The position numbers and the translations under genes are program-made. 64,000 bases of DNA from positions 96,001 through 160,000 of the forward strand of contig JAYZBQ010000048.1 in assembly GCA_036338695.1 (NCBI GenBank), read 5' to 3'. Below, piece after piece: positions 29,358 through 39,898 of the stretch. This DNA is from Myxococcota bacterium (GTDB taxonomy: Bacteria > Myxococcota > UBA4151). Position 1 is the stretch's first letter. Each line of letters starts with the position of its first letter. The notes beneath the pieces were generated by a model. That model was not told the origin of the DNA. It did not search any database and was given only the letters and a program-made list of their open reading frames with translations.

Positions 29358-31837
29358 AAATCACTCCACGGGAAGCGCAGCGTAAACCACGACAGCGCCG
29401 AGACACCCACACCAACCAGCGCGTACCCGCCGCCCTCCAACCACTGACCCTGCTGAGCCTGTGTGCGCCCCTCCTCCATCTGCCCGAGGGCTCCGGCGAT
29501 GCTGCGCTGACGGTTGGCGAGCTCATACGTGGCCACCGAATCGGCGGTGATCGAAGCCCCCGAATAGCGCGCCGCAGCGCCCACCCCGAGCGCTGCCAGC
29601 CCACCAAAGAAGAGGTAACGGCCGGCTTGTACACGATCATAAAACGCCGCGTTGACCATGCTCATCGGGACCAAGCGCCGAAAGTTCACGCTCGCCTCAC
29701 GCCCGTTTTGAACCTCAACCTCCAAGATGCGCGGCGCAAAGCCATCTCGTTGCGCCTGCATCTCATAGAGCCCCTGCGGTAGATCATCGATCACGACCGG
29801 CGTGACGCCCATCGGGACACCGCCGACCACGATCGTAGCCCCAGGAACGACCGTCGCGACCTTGAGCTGACCGCGCCGGGTCAGCTTGGCGTTACGGACG
29901 CGCTCAAGCTCATCCATGGCGATGACGACGCGACGACCATAAGGGTTGTACCCTTTCTTGCGCACCTCCATCGAGTAGATCCCAACCGGCAGGTCTTTAC
30001 GCAGAAGCGGGGTCTCACCGATCGATCGACCATCGATCAGGACCGTTGCGCCGACGGGGGTCGAGACGACCTCTAACCCACCCACCATCGCCGAATACGC
30101 CGGGTTGATGCGCGCAACACCTTTGTTCGCCACGGTGATCGACTGCTTAAAGGGCTGATAGGCTTGACTGTCGGGCTCGACGACGACCTCGTGATCACCC
30201 GGCTCGATCGCCACCTCAGCGGGCACTCGAGCGACCGCCTTGCCGTCGATCAACAGCCGCCCAGGCTGCCCTCCATCAGTGACGATCAAGCGCGCCGAGA
30301 CGGCCTCGAGCTCACACTTGATCGTCACCTGGCGCCCGCGCCGCACACGCACGAACTGGCGCGTCGTACGGTGAAACGCGGCCTGGCAGGTAACCTTCGC
30401 TTTGCCGGGCGGGATCTTCAGGACCGTGCGCCCATCTTTCACCCGAACCTTTCGCCCTTTGGCGGACGCGGTCAGCCCCTCGGTCGCCCCCACGACCAAC
30501 ACCTCACCAAAGCGCTTACGAACCGGCAGGTTGAAGCTGAGTTTTTGGTGCTCGACCATCTTGAACTTGACCGGCTTGGACTGCCACGTATCGTCAAGAA
30601 TCTGCAGGGTATGCTTTCCACTCGTGACCTCATCGATCAGCATCGGCGTGCGACCCACCGGGTCACCATCGAGCAGGATGCCGGCGCCCTTAACGGCGCT
30701 GGTGACCATCACCTTCCCGTAGCGAGGCAGCATCTCAGCGGCGATTTTCACCGTCCCACCGGGGACGCAGTTGATCTGTCGCCAGAGCCGGTAATAGAGC
30801 GGGTGACGAATCACCACCTTATGCGGCCCAGCCGGGCATCGATTGAAGGTCAGCGGGTTCTCCCCGATCCAGCGACCATCCAGGTACACATCGGCGCCGG
30901 ATTTGACCTTCATGTTGACGCTCAGGCTACCAAACCGAGGCGTCCGCTCAGCGCCGACCTCAGCCGCCTCCGATTTAATCGCCTCAGAGCGCTTCGGCTG
31001 CAGCGACAGCATCGCCGCCTGCCCAGACGCCAGCTCAACCCGTTGCTGCGCCGGCTGATGACCGGGGAGCGTGACCTCGACCTGATAGCTTGCACCTCCG
31101 TTGCGCTCCAACCTCAAGACGTCGAGCTCGAGCACCTCACCCGCTGCCTCTCCGTCGATTGTGACCGCGGCGCCGGTCGGCGCCATGAGCGTGATCGCAG
31201 CGTCAAAGGCTGGCGCCGTCCCGTTGACCATGGGTGCGGGCGGCAGCGCGTAAACAGCCAGCCGAACTTGCCTGCGAAGGCTGCGCAAAAGGACCTCGCC
31301 AACGGCGCCGATCTGTGGGTCAGCACGCACCACAAAGTCAGCGGGTCGATAGCTCCTTTGTTGATCGACTTGATGCGCGGTTATCTGCACCCGCAACCCC
31401 TCGTTCGGCGCCGCTGAGATGCGCGTCCTGATGAACTGTCCGATCGCTGTCTGGTTCAGCGCTTTGTACAAGCATGCGTCATCGTTGCAGCCTCTCGCCT
31501 CGTTGAACAACTGCTCATCGTCGAGCTCGAGATCGCCCATCGTTCGCACCCGAAACGAACCCTCTTGCTTGAGCGCATTCTTGATGACGAGCTGCACCTC
31601 CACGCGCAGGTCCTCGGGGAGTTTCAGGTCGTCGGCATAAGTCGGCGCAAGGAAGAGGAGCCGAGGTGCGTAGCGACGGAAAATTTCTTCGGCGCTGAGC
31701 TCTTCGTCTGCGGGCTCAGAAGACGCCGCCGCATCTGCCTCGACCGGAGCTTCTGATTTGTCGCTCGCGGCCGGCTCCTGAGCCGCTGTCGGCATACTCA
31801 GCAGCAACCCGACCGCGAGCAAAGGCTCAGCGCGCAA
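29354..31837 (-). CDS. Multi-PEGA domain exported protein
   Basis: Signal peptide; repeats of the type S.P.GA.V.IDG..IG.TP....L..G.H/Y.....GY; C-terminal hydrophobic Gly-rich segments. Confidence 0.88.
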   Translation of the reverse strand: MRAEPLLAVGLLLSMPTAAQEPAASDKSEAPVEADAAASSEPADEELSAEEIFRRYAPRLLFLAPTYADDLKLPEDLRVEVQLVIKNALKQEGSFRVRTMGDLELDDEQLFNEARGCNDDACLYKALNQTAIGQFIRTRISAAPNEGLRVQITAHQVDQQRSYRPADFVVRADPQIGAVGEVLLRSLRRQVRLAVYALPPAPMVNGTAPAFDAAITLMAPTGAAVTIDGEAAGEVLELDVLRLERNGGASYQVEVTLPGHQPAQQRVELASGQAAMLSLQPKRSEAIKSEAAEVGAERTPRFGSLSVNMKVKSGADVYLDGRWIGENPLTFNRCPAGPHKVVIRHPLYYRLWRQINCVPGGTVKIAAEMLPRYGKVMVTSAVKGAGILLDGDPVGRTPMLIDEVTSGKHTLQILDDTWQSKPVKFKMVEHQKLSFNLPVRKRFGEVLVVGATEGLTASAKGRKVRVKDGRTVLKIPPGKAKVTCQAAFHRTTRQFVRVRRGRQVTIKCELEAVSARLIVTDGGQPGRLLIDGKAVARVPAEVAIEPGDHEVVVEPDSQAYQPFKQSITVANKGVARINPAYSAMVGGLEVVSTPVGATVLIDGRSIGETPLLRKDLPVGIYSMEVRKKGYNPYGRRVVIAMDELERVRNAKLTRRGQLKVATVVPGATIVVGGVPMGVTPVVIDDLPQGLYEMQAQRDGFAPRILEVEVQNGREASVNFRRLVPMSMVNAAFYDRVQAGRYLFFGGLAALGVGAAARYSGASITADSVATYELANRQRSIAGALGQMEEGRTQAQQGQWLEGGGYALVGVGVSALSWFTLRFPWSDL

Positions 31838-33944
31838 AGATCACCACTTCACTCTCTGGCGGCGCCTCGGGCAGGTGAAAGCGGAAGCTGCTCACATAGT
31901 GCCCGGCCTCGTGACGAGCCGTCTGATTGGAGAACCCGTAGCTCCCCTCGTAGGGCTGTACTTGACCCGCGAGCACCTGCCCTTGACCGAAGGCGTCGTC
32001 GCCAGGCGCCTTCGTCGCATACCGCAGCGTATGATCGGTCGCATCCTGCCAATACAGGGTGAGCGTCCCATCCGGCGCCAGGTCGAGCGCCGTATCCGCC
32101 AGGACGTGCACCTCCGAGCGGTTCTCAAGCTGTCGAGCGCCGTTGTCCACGACCTGCTCGTTCGCGATCGTCCCGTCGGGGAGCGCTCGAACGTACAGGA
32201 CCTGCTCGTTGCGAATAAAGGCGAGATGTCGGTCGGCGCCGCGGGCGCGCAAGGCGACGAACTGACCGCCCGTGGTTTGCACGTCGACGGCGCGGCCGTT
32301 CGGCTCGAGCAGAACCGGGCGGTCGTTGCGCGTATCGTACCAGGCGCCGAGAACCCGCCCTTGGTCATCCGTCATCAGCGTGTTGTGCGCGTTGACGACC
32401 ACCTCACCGCCCCGCGGCTGCGCTGGAATCTCCGCAACGCACTGTCCCGACGCGCAAGCCTCACCGTCGCCGCAGCCGGGGTTGCAGTCCTCTGTCGGCG
32501 TCACGCAGCGGCTGTCCTCGCCGACACAGACCTGCTCGTCAGGGCACCCGCCCTCACATGCCCACACCGACAGCGGCGAGACCAAGCGGGGGTCGAGCGA
32601 CAAGCTGCCGTCCATAAAGCCGAAATCCTCCGCCCCGTTGGGCAGATCGTTGCTGCCGGTGTAGCGGCGCCACTCAGCGGACTGGATGCCTTGATGATCA
32701 AAGCGATGCGCCGCTGAGAGGATGTGCGGGATCCCGTTGCGATCGAGCGTCAGCGCGTTGTGGTAACCGACCTCCCCACGCCCATCGAGCTCAAAGATCA
32801 GATACTTGTTCGGTCGCGCATCCTCTGCGCAGCTCCCCTGGAGGCACACAAGCCCTGGGGCGCAGACCTCATCACAATCGGACGTCGGCGTCACACAGCG
32901 ACCGATCGCCGTGCAGACTTGACCCTCGTCGCAGCCTGCGCCGCAGAGCGACCGAGCGTAGACCAGCGAGCGCTCGTCGACGTCTTGATACACGAGGTGG
33001 ACGGTGCCGTTGCGCGCCACTGCGACCGAGGGAAAGCGACCCGTATCTGCGCCAGCCGCTGACACGCCGAAACGCGGGCCGGAAGGACCACCGGTGACGT
33101 TCTCGGCGTCAGCGAGCGGCAGGCCGTCGACCCACTGCCAGCTCAAGCCCTCCTCGTCGCCGAGTCCGACCCAGAGATCGCCATAGGTGCTGTTGTAGGC
33201 TGCGACGATCGCCTGATCACCCTGCACCGCCACCGCCGACTGAATCCCGGTCACGCCGAGCGGCAGGGGCGCCTTCTCGATGCAGCGACACTCATCGCCG
33301 CTGCGTCCGCATTGCGACATCGACCACTCACCCTCAGCGATGACCTCGGTGTCATACCCTAGGCCACATTGCTGATCACCGCAGGCGCCAGGATCGTCGA
33401 TGCACTGTCCGAACTGTTCGTTCCCGTCCTCACCGCAACAGACCGTCCCAGCACCGCAGGTTCCGCCGCATGGGTTGCGGCAGCGGCAACCGCGCGCGAC
33501 GCAAGCTGCAGTCAGCCCATCTGCGATCTCGACAAAGGCGTCGCTGCACTGGGCGTCGGTCTCACAGACAAAGGGGACGCATTGACGCCACCCACTCTCC
33601 GCTTCGGCTTGGCAGGTCTCGATCGTCGAGCCCTGCTCGCTGCAGAGGTTAGTGCAGTCTGCGTCGGTGTCACATTGAGGCGGAAGACACAGCCCCGAGC
33701 GCGAACAGCGCGCTCCGTCGGGGCAATCGCTGTGCTCAGCGCAGCGCTGGCAGTTCTCTTCGATGACGCCCTTAAGACAGATCGGCTGCCCGTCGCGGCA
33801 GATCCCCTCGTCGCAGAACTGACCTGCGGGGCAGTCCGCCTGGACGACGCACACGCGCGAGACCGGCGTCTCATCGCAGCCACAGCCACCCAGCGACAAC
33901 AACAGCCCTAGCCCAAGGGCGCGTAACGTTTGAATCACCGGCAC
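31827..33944 (-). CDS. Cys-rich lipoprotein with probable beta-propeller segments
   Basis: LGGCGC lipobox-like signal; CxxxxDC/CxxGxC motifs between beta-rich repeats (e.g. GRFPSVAVARNGTVHLVY). Confidence 0.8.
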   Translation of the reverse strand: MPVIQTLRALGLGLLLSLGGCGCDETPVSRVCVVQADCPAGQFCDEGICRDGQPICLKGVIEENCQRCAEHSDCPDGARCSRSGLCLPPQCDTDADCTNLCSEQGSTIETCQAEAESGWRQCVPFVCETDAQCSDAFVEIADGLTAACVARGCRCRNPCGGTCGAGTVCCGEDGNEQFGQCIDDPGACGDQQCGLGYDTEVIAEGEWSMSQCGRSGDECRCIEKAPLPLGVTGIQSAVAVQGDQAIVAAYNSTYGDLWVGLGDEEGLSWQWVDGLPLADAENVTGGPSGPRFGVSAAGADTGRFPSVAVARNGTVHLVYQDVDERSLVYARSLCGAGCDEGQVCTAIGRCVTPTSDCDEVCAPGLVCLQGSCAEDARPNKYLIFELDGRGEVGYHNALTLDRNGIPHILSAAHRFDHQGIQSAEWRRYTGSNDLPNGAEDFGFMDGSLSLDPRLVSPLSVWACEGGCPDEQVCVGEDSRCVTPTEDCNPGCGDGEACASGQCVAEIPAQPRGGEVVVNAHNTLMTDDQGRVLGAWYDTRNDRPVLLEPNGRAVDVQTTGGQFVALRARGADRHLAFIRNEQVLYVRALPDGTIANEQVVDNGARQLENRSEVHVLADTALDLAPDGTLTLYWQDATDHTLRYATKAPGDDAFGQGQVLAGQVQPYEGSYGFSNQTARHEAGHYVSSFRFHLPEAPPESEVVIFAR

Positions 33945-33960
33945 ACCTTCCAAGGGAAGG

Positions 33961-36771
33961 TTACCCTGCCTGACGCCGGACGCCAACCCGGCGACGAAGA
34001 ACGATCGCAAGAAACATCACCCAGGCCACCGTGTCCAACGGCGCCGTCTGCGCGCAGGTGCAGCCGCTCACCGGGGCCACCTCACCCGTCGGCGTTATCG
34101 GTGGCGGCGCTGGGGGCTCAACGGGCTCAGGATCATCTAAGCGACACTCGCCCTCATCGTCACACCAGTGATCACGGGTTGGACAGTCCGCAGCCACCCT
34201 GCAACGCCCCTGCGGTGAGCGGCAGATATAATCCGCTGGGCAGACCCGATCAGAGGTCTCTTCCGGGTCGTTGAGGCAGAAGCGACGCTGCCGCCCATTC
34301 GCTGAGATGGATCGGCAGATCGAATCACCGGGACACTGCCGGTCCACCGGACACGCCACCAAGCAGACGTTGCGTCCATCAACCGGGGTGCACCAATTCC
34401 CCTGACCGCAGTCACTGTGCCGCTCACACGGGGCGCAAGCGGCGCAGAAGAAGGGGTCCTCTCGGCACTCATAGTCCACGCAGGCGTCGCCCAATGGGCA
34501 GTCTGAATCCGCCTCGCAAGGGCCCTGCTCGACCACATCTGGGAAGCAAACGGGGTTGTAGTTCCCGCGGCCTGTGACCTCCTCGCAGGTGGTCTCACGG
34601 CAGCCGCCTCGCCCCTGCCGCGTACAACGGCATTGCGGGGTCCCGCAGTGAAAGCCCTCGGGGCAGTAGCCGTCTGAACCTTGCGCCTCGCCCGGGTAGC
34701 ACGGGCACGAACAAAAGGCCTGCTCCTGCGCATCAAGCACCCGCAACCCGCCGGTGCAACGCTCGTCACCCCATCGGCTCCCGCAGCCAGGAAAACCGGG
34801 CACGCAGAGCTTGCCTTGGTCACCCACCGGCGCACAGATCCAGCCGCCGGGACATTCCTCATTTTCAGCGCAGGTCGCCGAGCACAGATTGCGAAAGGTC
34901 TGCCCCTGCGAGACCACCCGGACGCATTGATCGCACGCGTCCGAGCAATTGGCGCCGATGCGTGTGTCAGCCGCCTCTGGCCACTGACAGGCTTTGACGC
35001 CCTCTTCATCCTCTAGGCAGACGCTCTGACCGGGGCAATCGAGGTCCTGGTCACAGCGGCTCGCACACTGACCGTTGCGGCACGTAAAGCAGGCGTCCGT
35101 GCACGCACCCATCAGGGTAAAAGACTGCGCCATCGCGACCGCGTTGGCGGCGTCTACGCGCCCGTACCCAAACCCGACCGAATGCCCCCGCTCATCGTAG
35201 TCGAACACCGACTCGAGATCGACGCCGATGCGCCGTGACCAGTCGACCTGATCGGCGCGGATGCGCTCGGCAGACGCCTGCAGCACCAACCGCACCTGCC
35301 TCGCCGACAACTCCGGGTTGGCAGCGATGATCAACGCGGCGACCCCGGACGCCACGGGACAGGCGCCTGAGGTCCCGCCCATGTCGTTGTGAAAGTCTCC
35401 CTGATTGTAGCCCTCGCCGCCCACTAGATCGGTGGTGCGCAGACCGGGCTCACCATCGAAACAACCCTTCGTCGGCGCCGAGATATCGATGGTCGAGCCG
35501 TAGTTGCTGTAACACGCAAAATCATCGCGGCGCGTCGAGCCCGACACCGTCACCGTCTCAGGGTGCGCCGAGTACGGGTTGCTCTCTGCGTTGAGGAGTC
35601 GATCATTGCCCGCCGCGTAAAGCAGCAACATGCCCTTGCCGCCGCGCCCTTGGGTCATCCCGTCCGCAACCGCTTGCTCCTCAGCGATCGCCATCGGAAA
35701 ATACCGCGCGATGCTCGGTCCCCACGAGTTGTTTACCACCGCGGTGTTCTGAGCGATCAACCAGCGCAGGCCGTCCGCGTGGCTCACGCGACGCTGCGAC
35801 ACACCGACCATGCGAATCGTCACCAACCGGCACTCTGGGCAGACGCCCAAGGTCCCGAGATCATTGCTTCGCGAGGCCACGATCCCGCTCACCGCGGTGC
35901 CGTGACTCTCGCGATAGGGACGCTGCGACGGGCAGCTGTCCGCCCGGCCCCGGCCGTCCGGCCGCTCGATGCACTCGGGGCTTGCGTCGTTGTCACCCTC
36001 GACGAGGTCGTAGCCAGCGAACACCTCGAGGTCCGGGTGATCTCGCTGCGTCCCTGAATCGATCACGCCAACGGTCACGCCCTCGCCGCGTGTCGTATCC
36101 CATGCGGCGACCGCGTTGATCGAGCCCACCACACCACCACCGGCTTGGTGCCAGGTGTCGCCGAAGAGCGGATCACTCGGGTCCCACATCGCCTTCGGGT
36201 GGAAAATCCAGTCGGGCTCAGCCCAGTTGAAGGCGCCGCTTCGATGCAACCGCCGCGCCAGCGCGATCGCGTCGCGCTCACCGGGCACCCTCACGCTCAG
36301 CACACCCGGTAAATTCGGGTAGCGCTGCGCCACGCTCAAGCCAAAGCGACGCAGCAGCTTCGCCTCTTGAGCTGGGTCGCTCAAGCTCAGAACGACCCGC
36401 TCGTCGACGTGCGTGCGGCCGTCGGGGGGCCGCGTCCACACTGGGAAATAATCGCTGATCAGCCCCCGTCGCTCCAATCGTTCGGCCAGACGTAGTAAGC
36501 CCTGCAGGGTGCTCCGCTCACCGAGGTCGAGCTCGATCAGGCGCTGGCGCATAGGCCAGTGACCGGCGAGCCCGGTCGACGCCCCAAGCGCCGCAAGCTC
36601 TTTCTCGACGCCGGCGAGTCGATACGTCCCCGTCGGGCGCACGAGCACAAACCGGCCGGACGCTTTGAGCGCCACCTGCCGCTCCAACCTTTGGTAGCTC
36701 GTGTGCTGGAACCGAGGCGGCACCGAAGCCGGTGGCGACGGGCTCAGCGCAAGCAAACTTACAAACAGCAC
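33961..36771 (-). CDS. S8 subtilase with Cys-rich C-terminal region and MYXO-CTERM-like sorting signal
   Basis: Catalytic VIDSG, HGTAVSG, AAGND, GTSGACP; many CxxDxDC repeats; Pro-rich linker, then SGCTCA, a TM helix and RRR. Confidence 0.92.
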   Translation of the reverse strand: MLFVSLLALSPSPPASVPPRFQHTSYQRLERQVALKASGRFVLVRPTGTYRLAGVEKELAALGASTGLAGHWPMRQRLIELDLGERSTLQGLLRLAERLERRGLISDYFPVWTRPPDGRTHVDERVVLSLSDPAQEAKLLRRFGLSVAQRYPNLPGVLSVRVPGERDAIALARRLHRSGAFNWAEPDWIFHPKAMWDPSDPLFGDTWHQAGGGVVGSINAVAAWDTTRGEGVTVGVIDSGTQRDHPDLEVFAGYDLVEGDNDASPECIERPDGRGRADSCPSQRPYRESHGTAVSGIVASRSNDLGTLGVCPECRLVTIRMVGVSQRRVSHADGLRWLIAQNTAVVNNSWGPSIARYFPMAIAEEQAVADGMTQGRGGKGMLLLYAAGNDRLLNAESNPYSAHPETVTVSGSTRRDDFACYSNYGSTIDISAPTKGCFDGEPGLRTTDLVGGEGYNQGDFHNDMGGTSGACPVASGVAALIIAANPELSARQVRLVLQASAERIRADQVDWSRRIGVDLESVFDYDERGHSVGFGYGRVDAANAVAMAQSFTLMGACTDACFTCRNGQCASRCDQDLDCPGQSVCLEDEEGVKACQWPEAADTRIGANCSDACDQCVRVVSQGQTFRNLCSATCAENEECPGGWICAPVGDQGKLCVPGFPGCGSRWGDERCTGGLRVLDAQEQAFCSCPCYPGEAQGSDGYCPEGFHCGTPQCRCTRQGRGGCRETTCEEVTGRGNYNPVCFPDVVEQGPCEADSDCPLGDACVDYECREDPFFCAACAPCERHSDCGQGNWCTPVDGRNVCLVACPVDRQCPGDSICRSISANGRQRRFCLNDPEETSDRVCPADYICRSPQGRCRVAADCPTRDHWCDDEGECRLDDPEPVEPPAPPPITPTGEVAPVSGCTCAQTAPLDTVAWVMFLAIVLRRRVGVRRQAG

Positions 36772-36838
36772 GGTCGTCCCCTCACACCTGAGCGTCTATC
36801 ATGTGCCACAGGGTGACCCGGCTGTCGAAGTTGCGCGC

Positions 36839-37507
36839 CTAATTCGGCGAGGTCAGCTCGGTGACCACCGCATTCTTTGGGGCGTTGAACTGAAAGGTGG
36901 CCTCCGGCAGCTGGGCGTTGTACCGGACCCGGCGAAAAGCGAACCGGTTCTCGTTGCCTCGGTGATCCACCACGACAGAGTGGGTCACTCGGTAGGTGCT
37001 CAGGTCAACAGCGAGCCGGACAAAGCGGTAATATCCGACCGGCTGCTTTGGCTCGAGCTTGAGCAACGCCCGCTTCGCATCTTGCTTGATCAGGCTGACG
37101 TTGTACATCGCACGCAGGCGTCCATCCCCCCACAAAAACCGCAGGGCAGCCTTGAGGTCATCGCCATCATAGCGCCGGCGTACGAACACCTGACCGTCAT
37201 CGAGCTGATGAATCCAGAGGTCTTTGCCATCGAGCACGAAGCGTCGCGGCGCCGGGTGATCATAGCGCCACTCCATCAAGCCGGGTCGTGCAAAGCGAAC
37301 GTGTCCTGAGCTGCGCTGTGTTTTGCGGAAAGCTTTGTTCCGAAAGCTCTGCTCAAACGCGGCGTCGAGGGTCTTTGTGGCGTTGTATTGCGCCTCGACG
37401 CGATCGAGGATCGCGCCCAAACTCGGCTTAGGCGCAGCCGGCGCGGCGGGCGCAGCGTGAAACAGCGGGAGGATGAGACCGAGTAGCTGGCTCAACATAA
37501 CCGTCAT
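36839..37507 (-). CDS. lolA: Outer-membrane lipoprotein carrier LolA family
   Basis: Signal peptide; AAFEQ, SGHVRFARPGLMEWRYDHP, DGKDLW and the F.F..P C-terminus. Confidence 0.88.
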   Translation of the reverse strand: MTVMLSQLLGLILPLFHAAPAAPAAPKPSLGAILDRVEAQYNATKTLDAAFEQSFRNKAFRKTQRSSGHVRFARPGLMEWRYDHPAPRRFVLDGKDLWIHQLDDGQVFVRRRYDGDDLKAALRFLWGDGRLRAMYNVSLIKQDAKRALLKLEPKQPVGYYRFVRLAVDLSTYRVTHSVVVDHRGNENRFAFRRVRYNAQLPEATFQFNAPKNAVVTELTSPN

Positions 37508-37567
37508 CCCTTCGTCGGCGTACGTCGGTCGCCGTCTGTCGGTTTAACGTCATTCACATGAAGCTAT

Positions 37568-38641
37568 TCAGCGACCGCCTTTGAGGACATGGAGCGCAGC
37601 CGGTTCCTCGGCGACCTCAGCCGCAGGCTGCTCGATCGACAACAACGCATCGAGCTCCTCGCACAGCGCCAGCCAACGACGCTCTTCGAGCGTGACGCTC
37701 GATGCGAAGTGACGTCTCAAGCGCTCTTCAAAACTCTGCAGGCCTAACCGGCGCTGCTGAATCTTCTGCGCATAGGCTGTCTCATCGAGCGCGTGCATTC
37801 GCCGCTCGAGCTGGCGCAGCATCAGCGCAAACTGCTGAAGCGGGGCTAAGAAGAGGCTCGCGTCGCGCCGGCTCACATCGGCCTCATGGTCCGCCTCGTG
37901 ACGCCACCGCTCCCAACGACGCCTGACGCGCTGCAGCGATCGCTCGAGCTCCTCAATGCGGCTCACGTCCGCCGGGCGCGACGCCGTGCGAGCGCGTTCG
38001 ACCTGGTCTCGCAGCTGGGCGACGTCGCGCTCGGCGCGTCGTTGTGTGAGGGTCTGACGAAGCCGCTCGGCCTCCAACTCAGCCTCGAGCGCGTCCACGC
38101 GGCTCGCCTCCGCCGGCACATGAGGCTTGGTGCGCCGCCAGCGCCCCATCAAAAATCCGAGCGGTAAGAGCACGAACCACACCGGATGGACCGGCGTCGA
38201 TGGGCTCGGCGGCGGAACCGCCGACGGCGCCACTTGCGGTTCGCCGGCGGGGAGCGGCGCCGCAGCGGCTTGGTTCAACGGACGGTCACGCCAGATCCAC
38301 AGCACCGTCGATGTCCCGACGACCTCAAGCGCGAGGATCTGATGCTGGTCGCCTGAAAAGTCCCATCGCTTGCGCCCTTGAACCTGCCGCTCGGGGACTC
38401 GATCAGGCTTACTGGGCAAGCCCTCGCCGAGCACGCAGCCACGCGCAACGGTGCCGATGCAGGCTCGGTGATCCATCAACTCGAGCACCTGCTGCCCCTC
38501 TCCGCTCCACCAGAGCTGCTCGGGTGGGCGGCTCTGGGCGCGCTCATCGACCGCAGCGACGGCGAGCCGGTCGGCGGCCAGCGCGCCGCGCGCAACCCAG
38601 GCGTCCGTGCTCGACAAACTTGCGAACAGCAGCCAAACCAT
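37568..38641 (-). CDS. Hypothetical single-pass membrane protein with cytoplasmic coiled coil
   Basis: ATG overlaps the upstream TGA; TM segment WFVLLPLGFLMG followed by an E/R-rich coiled coil. Confidence 0.65.
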   Translation of the reverse strand: MVWLLFASLSSTDAWVARGALAADRLAVAAVDERAQSRPPEQLWWSGEGQQVLELMDHRACIGTVARGCVLGEGLPSKPDRVPERQVQGRKRWDFSGDQHQILALEVVGTSTVLWIWRDRPLNQAAAAPLPAGEPQVAPSAVPPPSPSTPVHPVWFVLLPLGFLMGRWRRTKPHVPAEASRVDALEAELEAERLRQTLTQRRAERDVAQLRDQVERARTASRPADVSRIEELERSLQRVRRRWERWRHEADHEADVSRRDASLFLAPLQQFALMLRQLERRMHALDETAYAQKIQQRRLGLQSFEERLRRHFASSVTLEERRWLALCEELDALLSIEQPAAEVAEEPAALHVLKGGR

Positions 38642-39801
38642 CAATGACCTGTCTCTTCCTTGCGCCGCACCAACCGTGCGCCGAGCAAGACATGCGCAGC
38701 GCGACACACCTCAATCGGTTGCGCCGACAGCCTCGAGAGCAGCTGGGCGAGGCTCCCCCCCTTGCGCAGCAACCCGAGCGCTTCGCGCTCAAGCGGCGCT
38801 AGGCGCGTGAGGTCGAATCCATTGATCACCAAGAGGTTCGGCTCGAGCTGCTCGTCCGGGCGAGGGAGCAGGCTCTGCAAGCGGTTCCACTCATCCTCGT
38901 GGCGAAAGCCCTCCATCAAAAGCTGCTCAACGGTCAGACCCAAGCCCGTCTCACGGCTGAGCTCGTCATGCTCGGGCTCGACCAAAACGACGGCCTGACC
39001 ATCCCGCCAGCGCAAGAGCTCGTAGAACAGGCTCGTCGTCTGCAGCCGAACCGCCGCCAGCAGCTGGTCCGGGCTGATCTGCCCGGCGCTGACGAGCGCT
39101 TTACCCAGCGGCATCCCTTGAGCTGCGCCCGACTCGATAAAGGCCTCGAGCGCAACGCGATCGATGGCTTGAACCGACACCAGAAAGCGCCCCAGACGAA
39201 AACCAGAGCCGACCCCTTGCGCCGTCACAAAGTCGACCCGCCCGTGGCGCATGGTCACGTTGATCCGGCGCTCAGCGGAGCGAATTCGGATCTGCGCTTC
39301 CCAGCGTTGCGCCCTCAGGTACTGCAACAACTCGGGGAGCGGAAAGGCGCTGATGTGGCACCAGATCACCGGCTGCCCTCCCCCTTGCAACCACCCCGGG
39401 TCAAAGGTCCAGTCACGCGCCAACACCGGCGCCGCTGCCGCCTCACCGACCACCTCGTCGCCAGGCGCCAAGAGGGTCTCAACCGCGGCGATCAATCGAT
39501 CGGGTGTAAACGGCTTGGTGAGGTGGGGGAAGCTTGCGCCCGTCCGCTCTTTGCCGCGCTCGATCAACATCAGCACCGGACAGTTTCCACCACGCCCGAT
39601 AGCTGAGCGGAGCTCCTGCGCTTGTTCGCTCCATGAGTCGGCGGCGATGATCAAGACATCGATCTGCCCGGTGACGTGCGTCCGCGCGCTGGCCAGATCA
39701 CCTGCAGCGGCCACTCGGTACCCCTTTTGCCCCAAAACCAGCTGCACGACCCGCTGAACGGTCGGACTTGGATCGATCACCAGCAGCGTACCCGCCATCA
39801 T
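38641..39801 (-). CDS. Response-regulator-like protein: receiver (pseudo) domain plus DUF4388/PATAN-like domain
   Basis: Receiver fold (LLVIDPSP...LTKPF); then 'LPELLQYL', 'RLGRFLV', 'LLRWRDG' and 'LLMEGFRHEDEW', typical of DUF4388 proteins. Confidence 0.8.
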   Translation of the reverse strand: MMAGTLLVIDPSPTVQRVVQLVLGQKGYRVAAAGDLASARTHVTGQIDVLIIAADSWSEQAQELRSAIGRGGNCPVLMLIERGKERTGASFPHLTKPFTPDRLIAAVETLLAPGDEVVGEAAAAPVLARDWTFDPGWLQGGGQPVIWCHISAFPLPELLQYLRAQRWEAQIRIRSAERRINVTMRHGRVDFVTAQGVGSGFRLGRFLVSVQAIDRVALEAFIESGAAQGMPLGKALVSAGQISPDQLLAAVRLQTTSLFYELLRWRDGQAVVLVEPEHDELSRETGLGLTVEQLLMEGFRHEDEWNRLQSLLPRPDEQLEPNLLVINGFDLTRLAPLEREALGLLRKGGSLAQLLSRLSAQPIEVCRAAHVLLGARLVRRKEETGH

Positions 39802-39898
39802 GCCCCCGTCGATTTCCTGACGCTCTGAATCCCCATTGCAAATTCTGCGCGCATCGCGTCCCTTAGGGCGAGTCTGCGATGCGGCCAAGGGGAATTCG

